DNA of 64,000 bases, from positions 62,001-126,000 of the IMG/VR virus record IMGVR_UViG_3300013005_000001, one strand, 5' to 3'. This document shows, piece after piece, positions 9,518 to 18,156 of this stretch. The position numbers were made by a program, and so were the translations under genes. How positions within the stretch are numbered: the stretch's first letter is position 1; the number at the start of each line of letters is the position of its first letter. The notes beneath the pieces were generated by a model that did no database searches, had not been told where the DNA came from, and was given only the letters and a program-made list of their open reading frames with translations.

Positions 9518-10129
9518 CTATGTCTCTTCCTGTACATAACAATAGTAAGGGGGACCAGTGTGAGGATCAAATTTTGCAGAAACGGCAATAGCTTTAAGAC
9601 ACAGGCTTTTAGCTTGAGGGATGTTAGGAATGCCCTTTTTAGGAAACAGTATAGACATAGCCCCCAAAGCATAAGAAGCGCCTGTACCGAGCGCATAGAG
9701 GCCACTCACGTCAGATGTCCAGGAGTAATCACCATCTACAACATAGATGGAGCCATTTATTGAACAAATCACCGTAGACCCTTGCTCAGCTATATGGCTT
9801 GATTCATCTCTTTCTGGTGCAGCATAACCTTGAACTTCAAATGTAGCTCTTAGAGATGGTATGAACTTACTAGTAAAAAACTGGTCCAACTTAGAATCTG
9901 TTATGCCCGGTGGTGGTATTGGTGGTTGAAAAACATGATGCAGGATATTTATAGCCCTAACATCTCCAGCAGCACCTAAAAGATATCTACCATTAATAGC
10001 AACTTTAGAAGAATTTTTACCTAAAGTAGTTATTTGAGAAGCGAAACCGCCATCGTCCATAGAGGATATTCTAGAATCTGCACAAATGATACTGAAACCG
10101 TCACCTTGAACTCCAATTATTGTAGTCAT
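9518..10129 (-). CDS. proteasome beta-subunit/HslV-like Ntn threonine protease
   Basis: N-terminal (M)TTIIG nucleophile, ADSR, SSKV, GAAGDV, ALGTG, DPHTG. Confidence 0.85.
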   Translation of the reverse strand: MTTIIGVQGDGFSIICADSRISSMDDGGFASQITTLGKNSSKVAINGRYLLGAAGDVRAINILHHVFQPPIPPPGITDSKLDQFFTSKFIPSLRATFEVQGYAAPERDESSHIAEQGSTVICSINGSIYVVDGDYSWTSDVSGLYALGTGASYALGAMSILFPKKGIPNIPQAKSLCLKAIAVSAKFDPHTGPPYYCYVQEET

Positions 10130-10327
10130 ATAAATCCTTGTTTATAAATACGGGCAAAAGGATTATACTACATATCTTGAACAAAAACAATTTAAATAGA
10201 GTCTTGTTTAGGATTATAATATAAAGAACCAAATACTTTTAAAGCTATTTCTTTAATTTGCCTAGGATCTTTAGTCTGATAGGAATAGTATTTTTGCTGT
10301 TTTTGATAAGTTTTACTTTTGTTTTTT

Positions 10328-10579
10328 CTACGTTTGGACAACTGTAACACCCTCTTTGTACAGGCACAGAGAAGGGTAAGTATCTCTTATGTCTGTATTG
10401 AAAAATTTACCAGAAGAAGAAGAAGTTATAAAGTTCTGATAAATAGTTTCAGGAATTTGGCGATAAAGCCAAACTGCTCTTGATCGAAAAATAACGATAA
10501 GATCTTTTGTCTCAGTATTCCAAGAAGCAGCGTGTAAAACGCTACTATCTTTAAAGTTGTGTAGTCTAAATGTCTCCAT
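10328..10579 (-). CDS. KTSC-domain protein
   Basis: SSVL...WN..TKDLIVIF....Y..IP...Y..F..SSS.GKFFN..IRD.Y. Confidence 0.85.
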   Translation of the reverse strand: METFRLHNFKDSSVLHAASWNTETKDLIVIFRSRAVWLYRQIPETIYQNFITSSSSGKFFNTDIRDTYPSLCLYKEGVTVVQT

Positions 10580-10604
10580 AATACTTTCCGTATAATATGT
10601 GTAG

Positions 10605-10676
10605 CGCCTCCACTAGGAATCGAACCTAGAACGGGGGATTAGAAGTCCCATGTTATATCCATTTAACTACAGAGGC
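10605..10676 (-). tRNA. tRNA-Arg(TCT)
   Basis: GCCTCTG acceptor, CT-TCT-AA loop, GGTTCGATTCC T arm. Confidence 0.9.
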
Positions 10677-10696
10677 ATTAGACAATTATATCACCG

Positions 10697-11122
10697 CTAC
10701 GGGTATCCATAATTGCTATGAGTGTTAGAGTCTATAAATAGTTTAACTTGAAGAATAGTTTTGTCTTCTCTAACAACATAAACAAATCCATTAGTCCAAC
10801 ATGAACCTTCAACAATATAACCAGGGTCAGGGTCAGTAGGATCTACTAGGCCACATTTTAAATTGTCTAATAACTTAAATCTAAAAGAATTTAATGGAAC
10901 TGCACTCCAATATGAATCATTAAGAATATCTTCAGGAAAAGGAATCTTTCCATGAAAGTTCATAAAATTATTTGCTAAAGAAACAACAAGTTCATGAGAT
11001 AGTTCCTTAGAGTCGTATACTAACCATTCTTTATAGAACTGGTAAAATATTAAAAACTCATAAGAATCTTCTTCAAAAAAAGAAGAATCTAAAGACTGCA
11101 GTGCTTCTATAGAAATAGCCAT
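10697..11122 (-). CDS. hypothetical protein
   Basis: ORF track. Confidence 0.6.
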   Translation of the reverse strand: MAISIEALQSLDSSFFEEDSYEFLIFYQFYKEWLVYDSKELSHELVVSLANNFMNFHGKIPFPEDILNDSYWSAVPLNSFRFKLLDNLKCGLVDPTDPDPGYIVEGSCWTNGFVYVVREDKTILQVKLFIDSNTHSNYGYP

Positions 11123-11123
11123 A

Positions 11124-11504
11124 TTATTTATTTTTCAATAACAACTTAACATAAAGGGTTCTTCTTTCAATATTAGAAAGAAACTTTACGGCTGTCATTC
11201 TCCAGTTGTTTTGTTTATTAACATAATCTAAAACTTCAGATTCTGAATATTGTGAATTGTTTTTTCTTAGATTGTTTTTGTGCATTTCAACTTTAGTTTT
11301 TTGGCACGATAATTGAAGTTCAATTTCTCTTCTAACCAATTGAAGGCTGTAGTGCCAAAGTTCAAGGTGAGAGTGAAGATAAGATTTAACTTCATCAGAA
11401 GTTTCAGGAGATTTAATGTCGCTGGCAACGACCTCTTGAAACTTGGACATCTCTTTGTCTGATATAGAATCTATAGTTCTATCATTCAGGTATATGAGCT
11501 CCAT
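11124..11504 (-). CDS. hypothetical helical protein
   Basis: ORF track. Confidence 0.6.
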   Translation of the reverse strand: MELIYLNDRTIDSISDKEMSKFQEVVASDIKSPETSDEVKSYLHSHLELWHYSLQLVRREIELQLSCQKTKVEMHKNNLRKNNSQYSESEVLDYVNKQNNWRMTAVKFLSNIERRTLYVKLLLKNK

Positions 11505-12240
11505 TTTTGTTGCCTTTCTTATATATAAATTGGTACACTTGTAAGATATCTTCCTTAAAGGAAGCTTGAGCAGATTCTCCAGATTTTAAAACATAATTTA
11601 GAGAATACAATGGGTAAATTGGCCAACTACCTAGCCAATTAAGTTTTTGTTTATAATCTTTCATTTTGACATCAGTGCCAAAAAGATTAGATAAAACAGT
11701 ATTTCCTATTGGACATATAATTTTAGGATTCATAATATGAATCTCATTATGAAGATATGGCAAACAGTTGTCTATATACTTTTGATCTACTTCTCTAGTA
11801 GGGCATCTTAACAGATATGTTAAACAAGCTTTATCGGAAGAAAAGCCTACTTCTTTTAAAGAAGATATAAAGAAATCAGAAGAAGCCTGATCTAAATAAG
11901 AAGTTTCAAAAATAAATAAAACGTCAGGGTTATTAACATTCCATTTTGGTAGAACTGGAGTAGAAGAGAATTGACACTTCCTACAATTGTGAGTAACCGT
12001 ATGCAGGTCTGTAATCTTTAAAGAATTTTTTAAAGAATTAGAAGAAACTCTTGCCTCTTTGATAATGTCAGCAACATCTGCATTTGGCAATTTTTTATCA
12101 ATTGCCGAGAATATATTAGAAACTATATCTGTCTCCATAAAGCCGAGTTGACCATAAGATCTTTCGACTGATGGAGATTCAGATAAAGCTTCGTTTATAA
12201 TTTCTTCTACTAAGGAAGCGTCAAATGAATTAGAACTCAT
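11482..12240 (-). CDS. family-4 uracil-DNA glycosylase-like protein with degenerate catalytic motifs
   Basis: CRKC, LRCP, CLPYL..EI...PKII.PIG; start reassigned to the ATG at 12240. Confidence 0.75.
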   Translation of the reverse strand: MSSNSFDASLVEEIINEALSESPSVERSYGQLGFMETDIVSNIFSAIDKKLPNADVADIIKEARVSSNSLKNSLKITDLHTVTHNCRKCQFSSTPVLPKWNVNNPDVLFIFETSYLDQASSDFFISSLKEVGFSSDKACLTYLLRCPTREVDQKYIDNCLPYLHNEIHIMNPKIICPIGNTVLSNLFGTDVKMKDYKQKLNWLGSWPIYPLYSLNYVLKSGESAQASFKEDILQVYQFIYKKGNKNGAHIPE

Positions 12241-12682
12241 CCGGAACAGAGTTAGCAGAACCACCCTGTTTAGCTTGACTGCTTGTAGCGGTTGCAGTGT
12301 CAGACTTCTGGAAAGAAGAACCAACATAAGTTAAAGCTTCTGCAACAATAACAATCTTTGAACGAGCTGAACCTTCTTGCTGCCAACGCTCTTGAACTAA
12401 GCGTCCAACAAGCTGAACTTGTGAACCCTTTTTCATTTTGCCTTCGCTAAGTTGTTTAGAAACAAATGAAGCATTCTTAGTTGCAAAATCTGTTCCATCT
12501 TTAAGATAGTATGTAACATCAAAGTATCCTGAGGTTACGCCTGCACCTTTTTCGCTGCCTGCAAAATCAACGGCAATTCTGAACTTAGCGATATTGCCAT
12601 TAGCAATTACTTCAGGGTCAGACACAATGCCTGCGGTTAATATTACGTTGTTACGTGGATCTATCATTTCTATTGTCTCCAA
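12230..12682 (-). CDS. ssb: single-stranded DNA-binding protein
   Basis: OB-fold pattern FRIAVD...YFDV...KGSQVQLVGRL.QERW; acidic PDEF tail. Confidence 0.85.
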   Translation of the reverse strand: METIEMIDPRNNVILTAGIVSDPEVIANGNIAKFRIAVDFAGSEKGAGVTSGYFDVTYYLKDGTDFATKNASFVSKQLSEGKMKKGSQVQLVGRLVQERWQQEGSARSKIVIVAEALTYVGSSFQKSDTATATSSQAKQGGSANSVPDEF

Positions 12683-12931
12683 TTATTCTTTGTTTAATGT
12701 ATCTTTAAATGTATTAGATATTTGATCTAAAAATCCAGTAGAAATCTTAACAGCTTCTACTGAACCATATTCTACCATAAGGTAGTTCAAAAGATTAAGA
12801 TATAAATTATATATTCCCATCTTAAGATCTGTAACCACATCAGTGGTAGTGCCTTCGGGAATATCCTCAAGGAGTTTAAACCCTTCGGCATATTCTTGTT
12901 CTTGCTGGTCTTTATTATCTTCTGTTGACAT
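12683..12931 (-). CDS. hypothetical acidic protein
   Basis: ORF track. Confidence 0.6.
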   Translation of the reverse strand: MSTEDNKDQQEQEYAEGFKLLEDIPEGTTTDVVTDLKMGIYNLYLNLLNYLMVEYGSVEAVKISTGFLDQISNTFKDTLNKE

Positions 12932-13229
12932 TAGTAGTCACCCTATTCGATAAAGCTTCGTCAATTATCTGACCAAGATATTTAGTATCTTTGTAACCTT
13001 TGTCATACAAAACAGATATAATTGGCTTTGGATCAACGTGATTATAAGTTACCAGTTGAAGATTTAAAACATCGTTTATAGTATAAATTCTATAATTATT
13101 TAAATCTCTTCTAGGATTGGGATACTTCTTGTTTTTTTCTCGGTTAGCAATAGTCAATGTGGAAACATTGAGAATTTTAGCTACTTCAGATCTATTAAAA
13201 GAAGGCTGAGATGATTTGTTTTTACTCAT
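12915..13229 (-). CDS. MerR-type helix-turn-helix DNA-binding protein
   Basis: SEVAKILNVSTLTI..RE...Y..PRRD.NNYRIYT..DV. Confidence 0.85.
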   Translation of the reverse strand: MSKNKSSQPSFNRSEVAKILNVSTLTIANREKNKKYPNPRRDLNNYRIYTINDVLNLQLVTYNHVDPKPIISVLYDKGYKDTKYLGQIIDEALSNRVTTNVNRR

Positions 13230-13284
13230 TTAAATTACCTTTTCAAGTTTAGATTATATATAATAGCAAAAAGGTATATAAAAG

Positions 13285-14523
13285 TCAAGACGTAACAAGA
13301 GAATTTTGAAGAATATTAGAAAACATTCTTTTGCATTGAACATAAGAATTTGGTTTTACATTTATTCTATTGGTTTTTAAAAACTTAACAGAAGCTTCTA
13401 AGGCTTTTAGTAGAGTTCGGTCTTCTAAAGAAAGACGCTTAGAAACAAAGGTTAAATAAGCTTGTGATTCGTGAATTTCATGAACATAACTACAGTTATC
13501 TGGGCAATAGTCATTGTGATCTTCGTCTTCGGTATGGTCTTCATGAATTACAATATCAAAGTTATTGCAAAAATCATTAATTAAATGTTCTCTAACATTC
13601 ATTAAATGTTGGTAATAAAAATCTGTATCAGTAAAAGGATTCCAAGTTAATGAAGAAACTTCAGAAAGAGGAATTTCTTCCCAACATTTAAAAAAGGGAA
13701 CATGCCATTGAATAGGAAGATTAGAAGGAAGGTTTTGCAAGGGATGATTTTGCAACCATGTTAAATTTGCTTTAGTTTCTGGTTTTAAATATTTTTCGAA
13801 TTGTTCATACTTGTTAGTATGCAAGAAGAAAGATATACCCTCGGTAATGTCAAAGTTAAAACCACTGTTCCAAATCCAATCGTAAGCAGAAGCCATAACT
13901 CCAGAAAGATCTTTAGGATATTTTTCAATATCTTCCATACTACTAAAGAAAGGTCTGCACAATGTGCCGTTAGAATAAAAGTTATACAATGGTGGAGAAT
14001 ATATAGTTTGATCTAATGAAGACAAAGAATTAGATGCAAAAAACATTTTAACAGAAACTAGTCTCATATCTTCTGGATTGTACATAGCAATATATACCTG
14101 CCAAGGAATAGGTAGGTAGTATTCAGATGTGCCAGTTTGAGTACTTATTTGATCTCTGTAATCGTTGTATGCTGAAACAACTTTATAAGTTGGAGGGCGT
14201 TCAAACAATATAATTCCAGGAGACAAATGTCTTACACCGGGAAATAAAAGAGATTCATCTTCATCAACAGAACGTGAAGCAGTAGCTAAATTAAGTTGTT
14301 CTATTGCATTTTCAGCAAAAGATATATTTTGAAATTCAGTATCAATAATAGGAGAAGTGGTTATTTTTTTAGAAGAAATTCCTGATTCATTAGATACTTT
14401 TAATAAGTAATCACAAACAGCATAAGAAGCGTATCGATCAGGAAAAGCTAAAATATTATAATTAAGCTCAATGTAAGAAGAAGAATAATCTTCATTAAAT
14501 ATAAAATCAGCAGGAGTTAACAT
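13285..14523 (-). CDS. prokaryotic E2 family D-like protein (paralog 3)
   Basis: LPIPWQVYI...KMFF...YSPPLYNFYSNGTLC with putative catalytic Cys. Confidence 0.7.
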   Translation of the reverse strand: MLTPADFIFNEDYSSSYIELNYNILAFPDRYASYAVCDYLLKVSNESGISSKKITTSPIIDTEFQNISFAENAIEQLNLATASRSVDEDESLLFPGVRHLSPGIILFERPPTYKVVSAYNDYRDQISTQTGTSEYYLPIPWQVYIAMYNPEDMRLVSVKMFFASNSLSSLDQTIYSPPLYNFYSNGTLCRPFFSSMEDIEKYPKDLSGVMASAYDWIWNSGFNFDITEGISFFLHTNKYEQFEKYLKPETKANLTWLQNHPLQNLPSNLPIQWHVPFFKCWEEIPLSEVSSLTWNPFTDTDFYYQHLMNVREHLINDFCNNFDIVIHEDHTEDEDHNDYCPDNCSYVHEIHESQAYLTFVSKRLSLEDRTLLKALEASVKFLKTNRINVKPNSYVQCKRMFSNILQNSLVTS

Positions 14524-14526
14524 AAT

Positions 14527-15708
14527 TTAAACAATCTCCGATTGTTGGATATAGGAAGCAACTTCATCATGTTGAAATTCACTAAAGAAATCTTTATTAG
14601 GATCTTCATAATTAAGAAGTACAGACTTATATATAGAAGAAATAATATATGGATTAGAAATATAATTAGCAATAGAAGAAGGTTGATAATTTTTAACTAC
14701 TACTCTATAATTTGTTTCTAAAGAACAAGAAGGATAATGAGAATACACTGCAGATAAAACTTTTGCTATTTTAGCCCAAGGAGTTACTGCATTTGAATAA
14801 GTTTGAGGTATTAAGGAAGAAGAAGAAGAATTAGAATTAGACTTTTTTAAATGGTGTTTTAAAGTTGGATAATGAGAAGTGTTTTGTTTAGTATAAGTAA
14901 TATAACCAATATGTTCTTCTAAAGAAGTATTGGACAAAAGAAACAATAAGCTTTTAAAATACTTTGCTGTGTTGTATCTATAGCCCATATTAGCAAGAAT
15001 AGCAGCATTTTTTTTAGAAGAAGCAGATATTCTATCAATTATAGGAGCAAAGTATTCTTGATTAAACATATGAGGAGATAAATCACAATTCCATCCACCA
15101 AAATAAGAATTAAAAATATGATTATAAACGTCGGTAATAGAAGAACCGTTTTGAATAAGTTGAGTAGCTATAAGAGAATCTTGACCCATGCAAATATTTC
15201 CACCACTAGAATTTGGAAGGTAGCAAGGAACCAACACATCATCAAGAGACTGAAGAGGCTTATCATTAAAATATAAATGAAAACCAAAAGTGCTGCTAAA
15301 TGAATGAGATTGATAATTGGTAGATATAACAGAAACTGTCCATGGAATCCAAATTTTCACAGATTGTAAAAACTTAGGAGAAATTCTAGGACGATAAGAA
15401 GTTGAGGTAGAAAAGTCTACTTCTATTTCAAATGGAGGACGTTCTATGACGTGCATTTTTCCATCTGGAGATGAGTACCTAACAGCTAGGGGAAGCAAGG
15501 AATAATCTGTAGTAGAAGTAGTTTCATAATGTTGATTTATAAGTTTGTAAGTATCTAAAAAGTTAACGTGATAGTTAATCCAAAGATCGTTTTCAACTAC
15601 TCTAGGAGTTGCTTGGTGAGTAAGATTAAAAATATTTTCAGGGATATATAATGAATAATTATAGTCGTAAAAATCAATAGAGTTCATGGCATTATTCCTT
15701 AGAAACAA
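14527..15708 (-). CDS. prokaryotic E2 family D-like protein (paralog 2)
   Basis: IWIPWTV...LYF...LVPCYLPNSSGGNICMG. Confidence 0.7.
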   Translation of the reverse strand: MFLRNNAMNSIDFYDYNYSLYIPENIFNLTHQATPRVVENDLWINYHVNFLDTYKLINQHYETTSTTDYSLLPLAVRYSSPDGKMHVIERPPFEIEVDFSTSTSYRPRISPKFLQSVKIWIPWTVSVISTNYQSHSFSSTFGFHLYFNDKPLQSLDDVLVPCYLPNSSGGNICMGQDSLIATQLIQNGSSITDVYNHIFNSYFGGWNCDLSPHMFNQEYFAPIIDRISASSKKNAAILANMGYRYNTAKYFKSLLFLLSNTSLEEHIGYITYTKQNTSHYPTLKHHLKKSNSNSSSSSLIPQTYSNAVTPWAKIAKVLSAVYSHYPSCSLETNYRVVVKNYQPSSIANYISNPYIISSIYKSVLLNYEDPNKDFFSEFQHDEVASYIQQSEIV

Positions 15709-16303
15709 GAGTCTTTAAATAAGAGTTTGTTTCTTTCTGAACAGGAATAAACATAGCATCTTGCGCAATTTCTTCTTCGGTAAATTGTATGGAAAGATCA
15801 ATCAAAAACCTGTTGAAGAGAGCATTAGCTTCTATGTTTAAGTTATCGTTTTCAATTTGAATTTGAGAATATTTAAGTTCAGAATAAACATTTAAATTAT
15901 TATCGTAGATTTTATAATAATAAGTTCCATCATAAGAACGAAATCTAGAAAGATAATAATCAGTATCTACATCTACAGCATTTCTTACTTTGCGAATAAC
16001 AGAAAAGTCTGGTTTGTAGAGAGGGCAGTTGTTTTGCTCCATTGGATAAACGCAAGATAAAGGACGTGAATCATCATTATTTTTACGAGAAGGGACTGAG
16101 CAAGAAAATATACCAGGGTTGTTAGCATAAGCGTAAGAAGTGGCTGGATTGATATTAGAAGGTGAAGTGTAATGAGAACAAGAAGTTAAAAGAGTTTTAG
16201 AAATCTCATTGGCAAATTCGTAGTCGTTGCTTTTGGGATCTTTTATACTTTTTAAAAGAAGATCTATTGCTGATGTTGTAGTTGTCATATTAATTATCTC
16301 CAA
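15692..16303 (-). CDS. hypothetical protein (Cys-containing)
   Basis: ORF track. Confidence 0.6.
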   Translation of the reverse strand: MEIINMTTTTSAIDLLLKSIKDPKSNDYEFANEISKTLLTSCSHYTSPSNINPATSYAYANNPGIFSCSVPSRKNNDDSRPLSCVYPMEQNNCPLYKPDFSVIRKVRNAVDVDTDYYLSRFRSYDGTYYYKIYDNNLNVYSELKYSQIQIENDNLNIEANALFNRFLIDLSIQFTEEEIAQDAMFIPVQKETNSYLKTLVSKE

Positions 16304-16938
16304 GTCATTTGAGAAACTTGATAATTCTCTGTTTTAAGTCTTTGAATTTCTTCAAGAAGAGAATTTATATATATATCTTTTTCAGATAAAAGATTTGAAA
16401 GGTACTGATTATCAAGTTTAGTTAGATTAAAAGAATCAATAAAAGAAGATATAGAAGAATGAAAAGAATCAGAATTATTAAAAGAATGAACAACAAAAGG
16501 TTGGTCTAATTTATGTGTATTCAAAAGAACAACAGAGCCAGATCCTTGGCCAACTATTTTGATATAGTTGTTAGCAGTTAACTCTGCAATTATAGTGTTG
16601 TAATCACTAGGCAGAAATGAGTTAAAAGCTAATGTTTTAAATAATTTCTTTGATCCAATGAAAGCATAAGAGATATGCTGAGTGTTAAAAAGATCATTAG
16701 CAAAAGCGCGTGCAATAACTGTTTGACTTAGTGTCAATTCAGAAGTTAATTGAGCATACCGTTCTACGCTTATTTCAGAACTTTTAGGCAAAGTCTTAAG
16801 ATAAGAATAATTCTTGTTAAGAAGATGATAAGCAATAAAAGTATTTACTGGATACAAATAATCATCAATAGAATCAAGAATATCATCTAGATGTTCATTA
16901 GCAAATCCAGTAGAAGGCATTTGGTATATAGGTAACAT
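16294..16938 (-). CDS. hypothetical protein with C-terminal coiled coil
   Basis: LLSEKDIYINSLLEEIQRLKTEN heptads. Confidence 0.6.
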   Translation of the reverse strand: MLPIYQMPSTGFANEHLDDILDSIDDYLYPVNTFIAYHLLNKNYSYLKTLPKSSEISVERYAQLTSELTLSQTVIARAFANDLFNTQHISYAFIGSKKLFKTLAFNSFLPSDYNTIIAELTANNYIKIVGQGSGSVVLLNTHKLDQPFVVHSFNNSDSFHSSISSFIDSFNLTKLDNQYLSNLLSEKDIYINSLLEEIQRLKTENYQVSQMTWR

Positions 16939-17216
16939 TAAGTCTCCGTAAGTATAGATTCAAAAGATAAGGTATTATTTTGTAATGAATCAAGAAGTGG
17001 CAAAGATGACAAATGCAACGAATGTATTTCGTCATGCACTTGTTTTGCAATTGGATATATTTTGTGTAAAAAATAAAAATTGTTTAATATATTAAAGTTT
17101 TCAGATTCTACAAATAAAACAGAAACGTTATTGATCGGTTCCGTCAGATAACTTTTCGTCAGCCAGGCTCTCAATGGCTGAGGCAACTCCTGGACTTTCT
17201 GCAGCCAATAGACCAC
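16938..17216 (-). CDS. hypothetical protein, start uncertain
   Basis: Fills the gap in the operon; no clear RBS. Confidence 0.3.
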   Translation of the reverse strand: MVYWLQKVQELPQPLRAWLTKSYLTEPINNVSVLFVESENFNILNNFYFLHKIYPIAKQVHDEIHSLHLSSLPLLDSLQNNTLSFESILTET

Positions 17217-17517
17217 CGGCTCCTTCTTTCATGGCTTCAAGCATTTGTTTTCTGCTTTGAGCTATAGTGTCCATAAATATTTTTTGAGATTCAGGAGAAG
17301 CAAATTTAATTTGGGCTATAAGGCCTTCCATATTAACTGCTTGCTCACCAAAACCAAGAATTAAAGTAGCAATCTGCTTTTCTAAGTTCTCGATAGACTC
17401 ATCAAATTCTTTAAATCTTTCATCTATTTTAGCAGACATAGATATAATAAGTTGCTGAGTTTGTTCTCTAAGCAAATCTATATCGTTTATTCCTTCAAAT
17501 AATGAATCATCTGACAT
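17128..17517 (-). CDS. hypothetical coiled-coil protein
   Basis: ORF track, translational coupling. Confidence 0.65.
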   Translation of the reverse strand: MSDDSLFEGINDIDLLREQTQQLIISMSAKIDERFKEFDESIENLEKQIATLILGFGEQAVNMEGLIAQIKFASPESQKIFMDTIAQSRKQMLEAMKEGAGGLLAAESPGVASAIESLADEKLSDGTDQ

Positions 17518-18134
17518 TACGCATCATACCATTCTGTGTTGTTGGTAACGTGAGAAACCAAAGAAAGATCTAGTAAATAAGAAATACTTACAACATCTTG
17601 ACGAGTTACTTTAATAGAGTCAACAGATAAAGGTGATTTCATATCAGGTATGAATGCACCACTGTCAGACTTGCGAGCTTTAAAATGACCGGCTTTCCAG
17701 ATGAATGCAGAAGTATCTACATTGTCACCTGATTGCCAATACTGGCATTTAAAGATTCTACTAATTGATTGACCAGCAGCAGTCATTGTTCCACCGTAAG
17801 AAACATATGCTTCAGGTGTAGCAAGGCCAAGTCGCTCATTGGCAGGAAAGTTAAGAGCAGCAGTTCCATTAGTTATTGCTTTAAGATAGGCTGCAAAGTC
17901 AATGGCATCAACAAAACAATTAGTGTTACTTTCAAGTTTTCCAGAAGCATTGGTCTTGCCAATGTCAATGGAGAATTTCATACCTTGAAACCAAGGTCGA
18001 ATAGAAACAAAACCACTTTGAGATTTAGATTTAAACCACTTTTTATAAAGTGTGTTAGTGTATTTTGGTTTATCATCTTGGTTATCAGAATCTAGTGATT
18101 CTAAAAACTCTTCTACATTTTCTTCAATTGACAT
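17517..18134 (-). CDS. hypothetical beta-rich protein directly downstream of the AAA ATPase
   Basis: GAGG RBS, 205 aa. Confidence 0.7.
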   Translation of the reverse strand: MSIEENVEEFLESLDSDNQDDKPKYTNTLYKKWFKSKSQSGFVSIRPWFQGMKFSIDIGKTNASGKLESNTNCFVDAIDFAAYLKAITNGTAALNFPANERLGLATPEAYVSYGGTMTAAGQSISRIFKCQYWQSGDNVDTSAFIWKAGHFKARKSDSGAFIPDMKSPLSVDSIKVTRQDVVSISYLLDLSLVSHVTNNTEWYDA

Positions 18135-18156
18135 AATTACCTCTTGTTTAAGATTG

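Noticed and set aside
11482-12327. Long N-terminal extension of the UDG-like ORF from the ORF track
   Set aside because: It overlaps ssb by about 100 nt; the ATG at 12240 gives typical short coupling.
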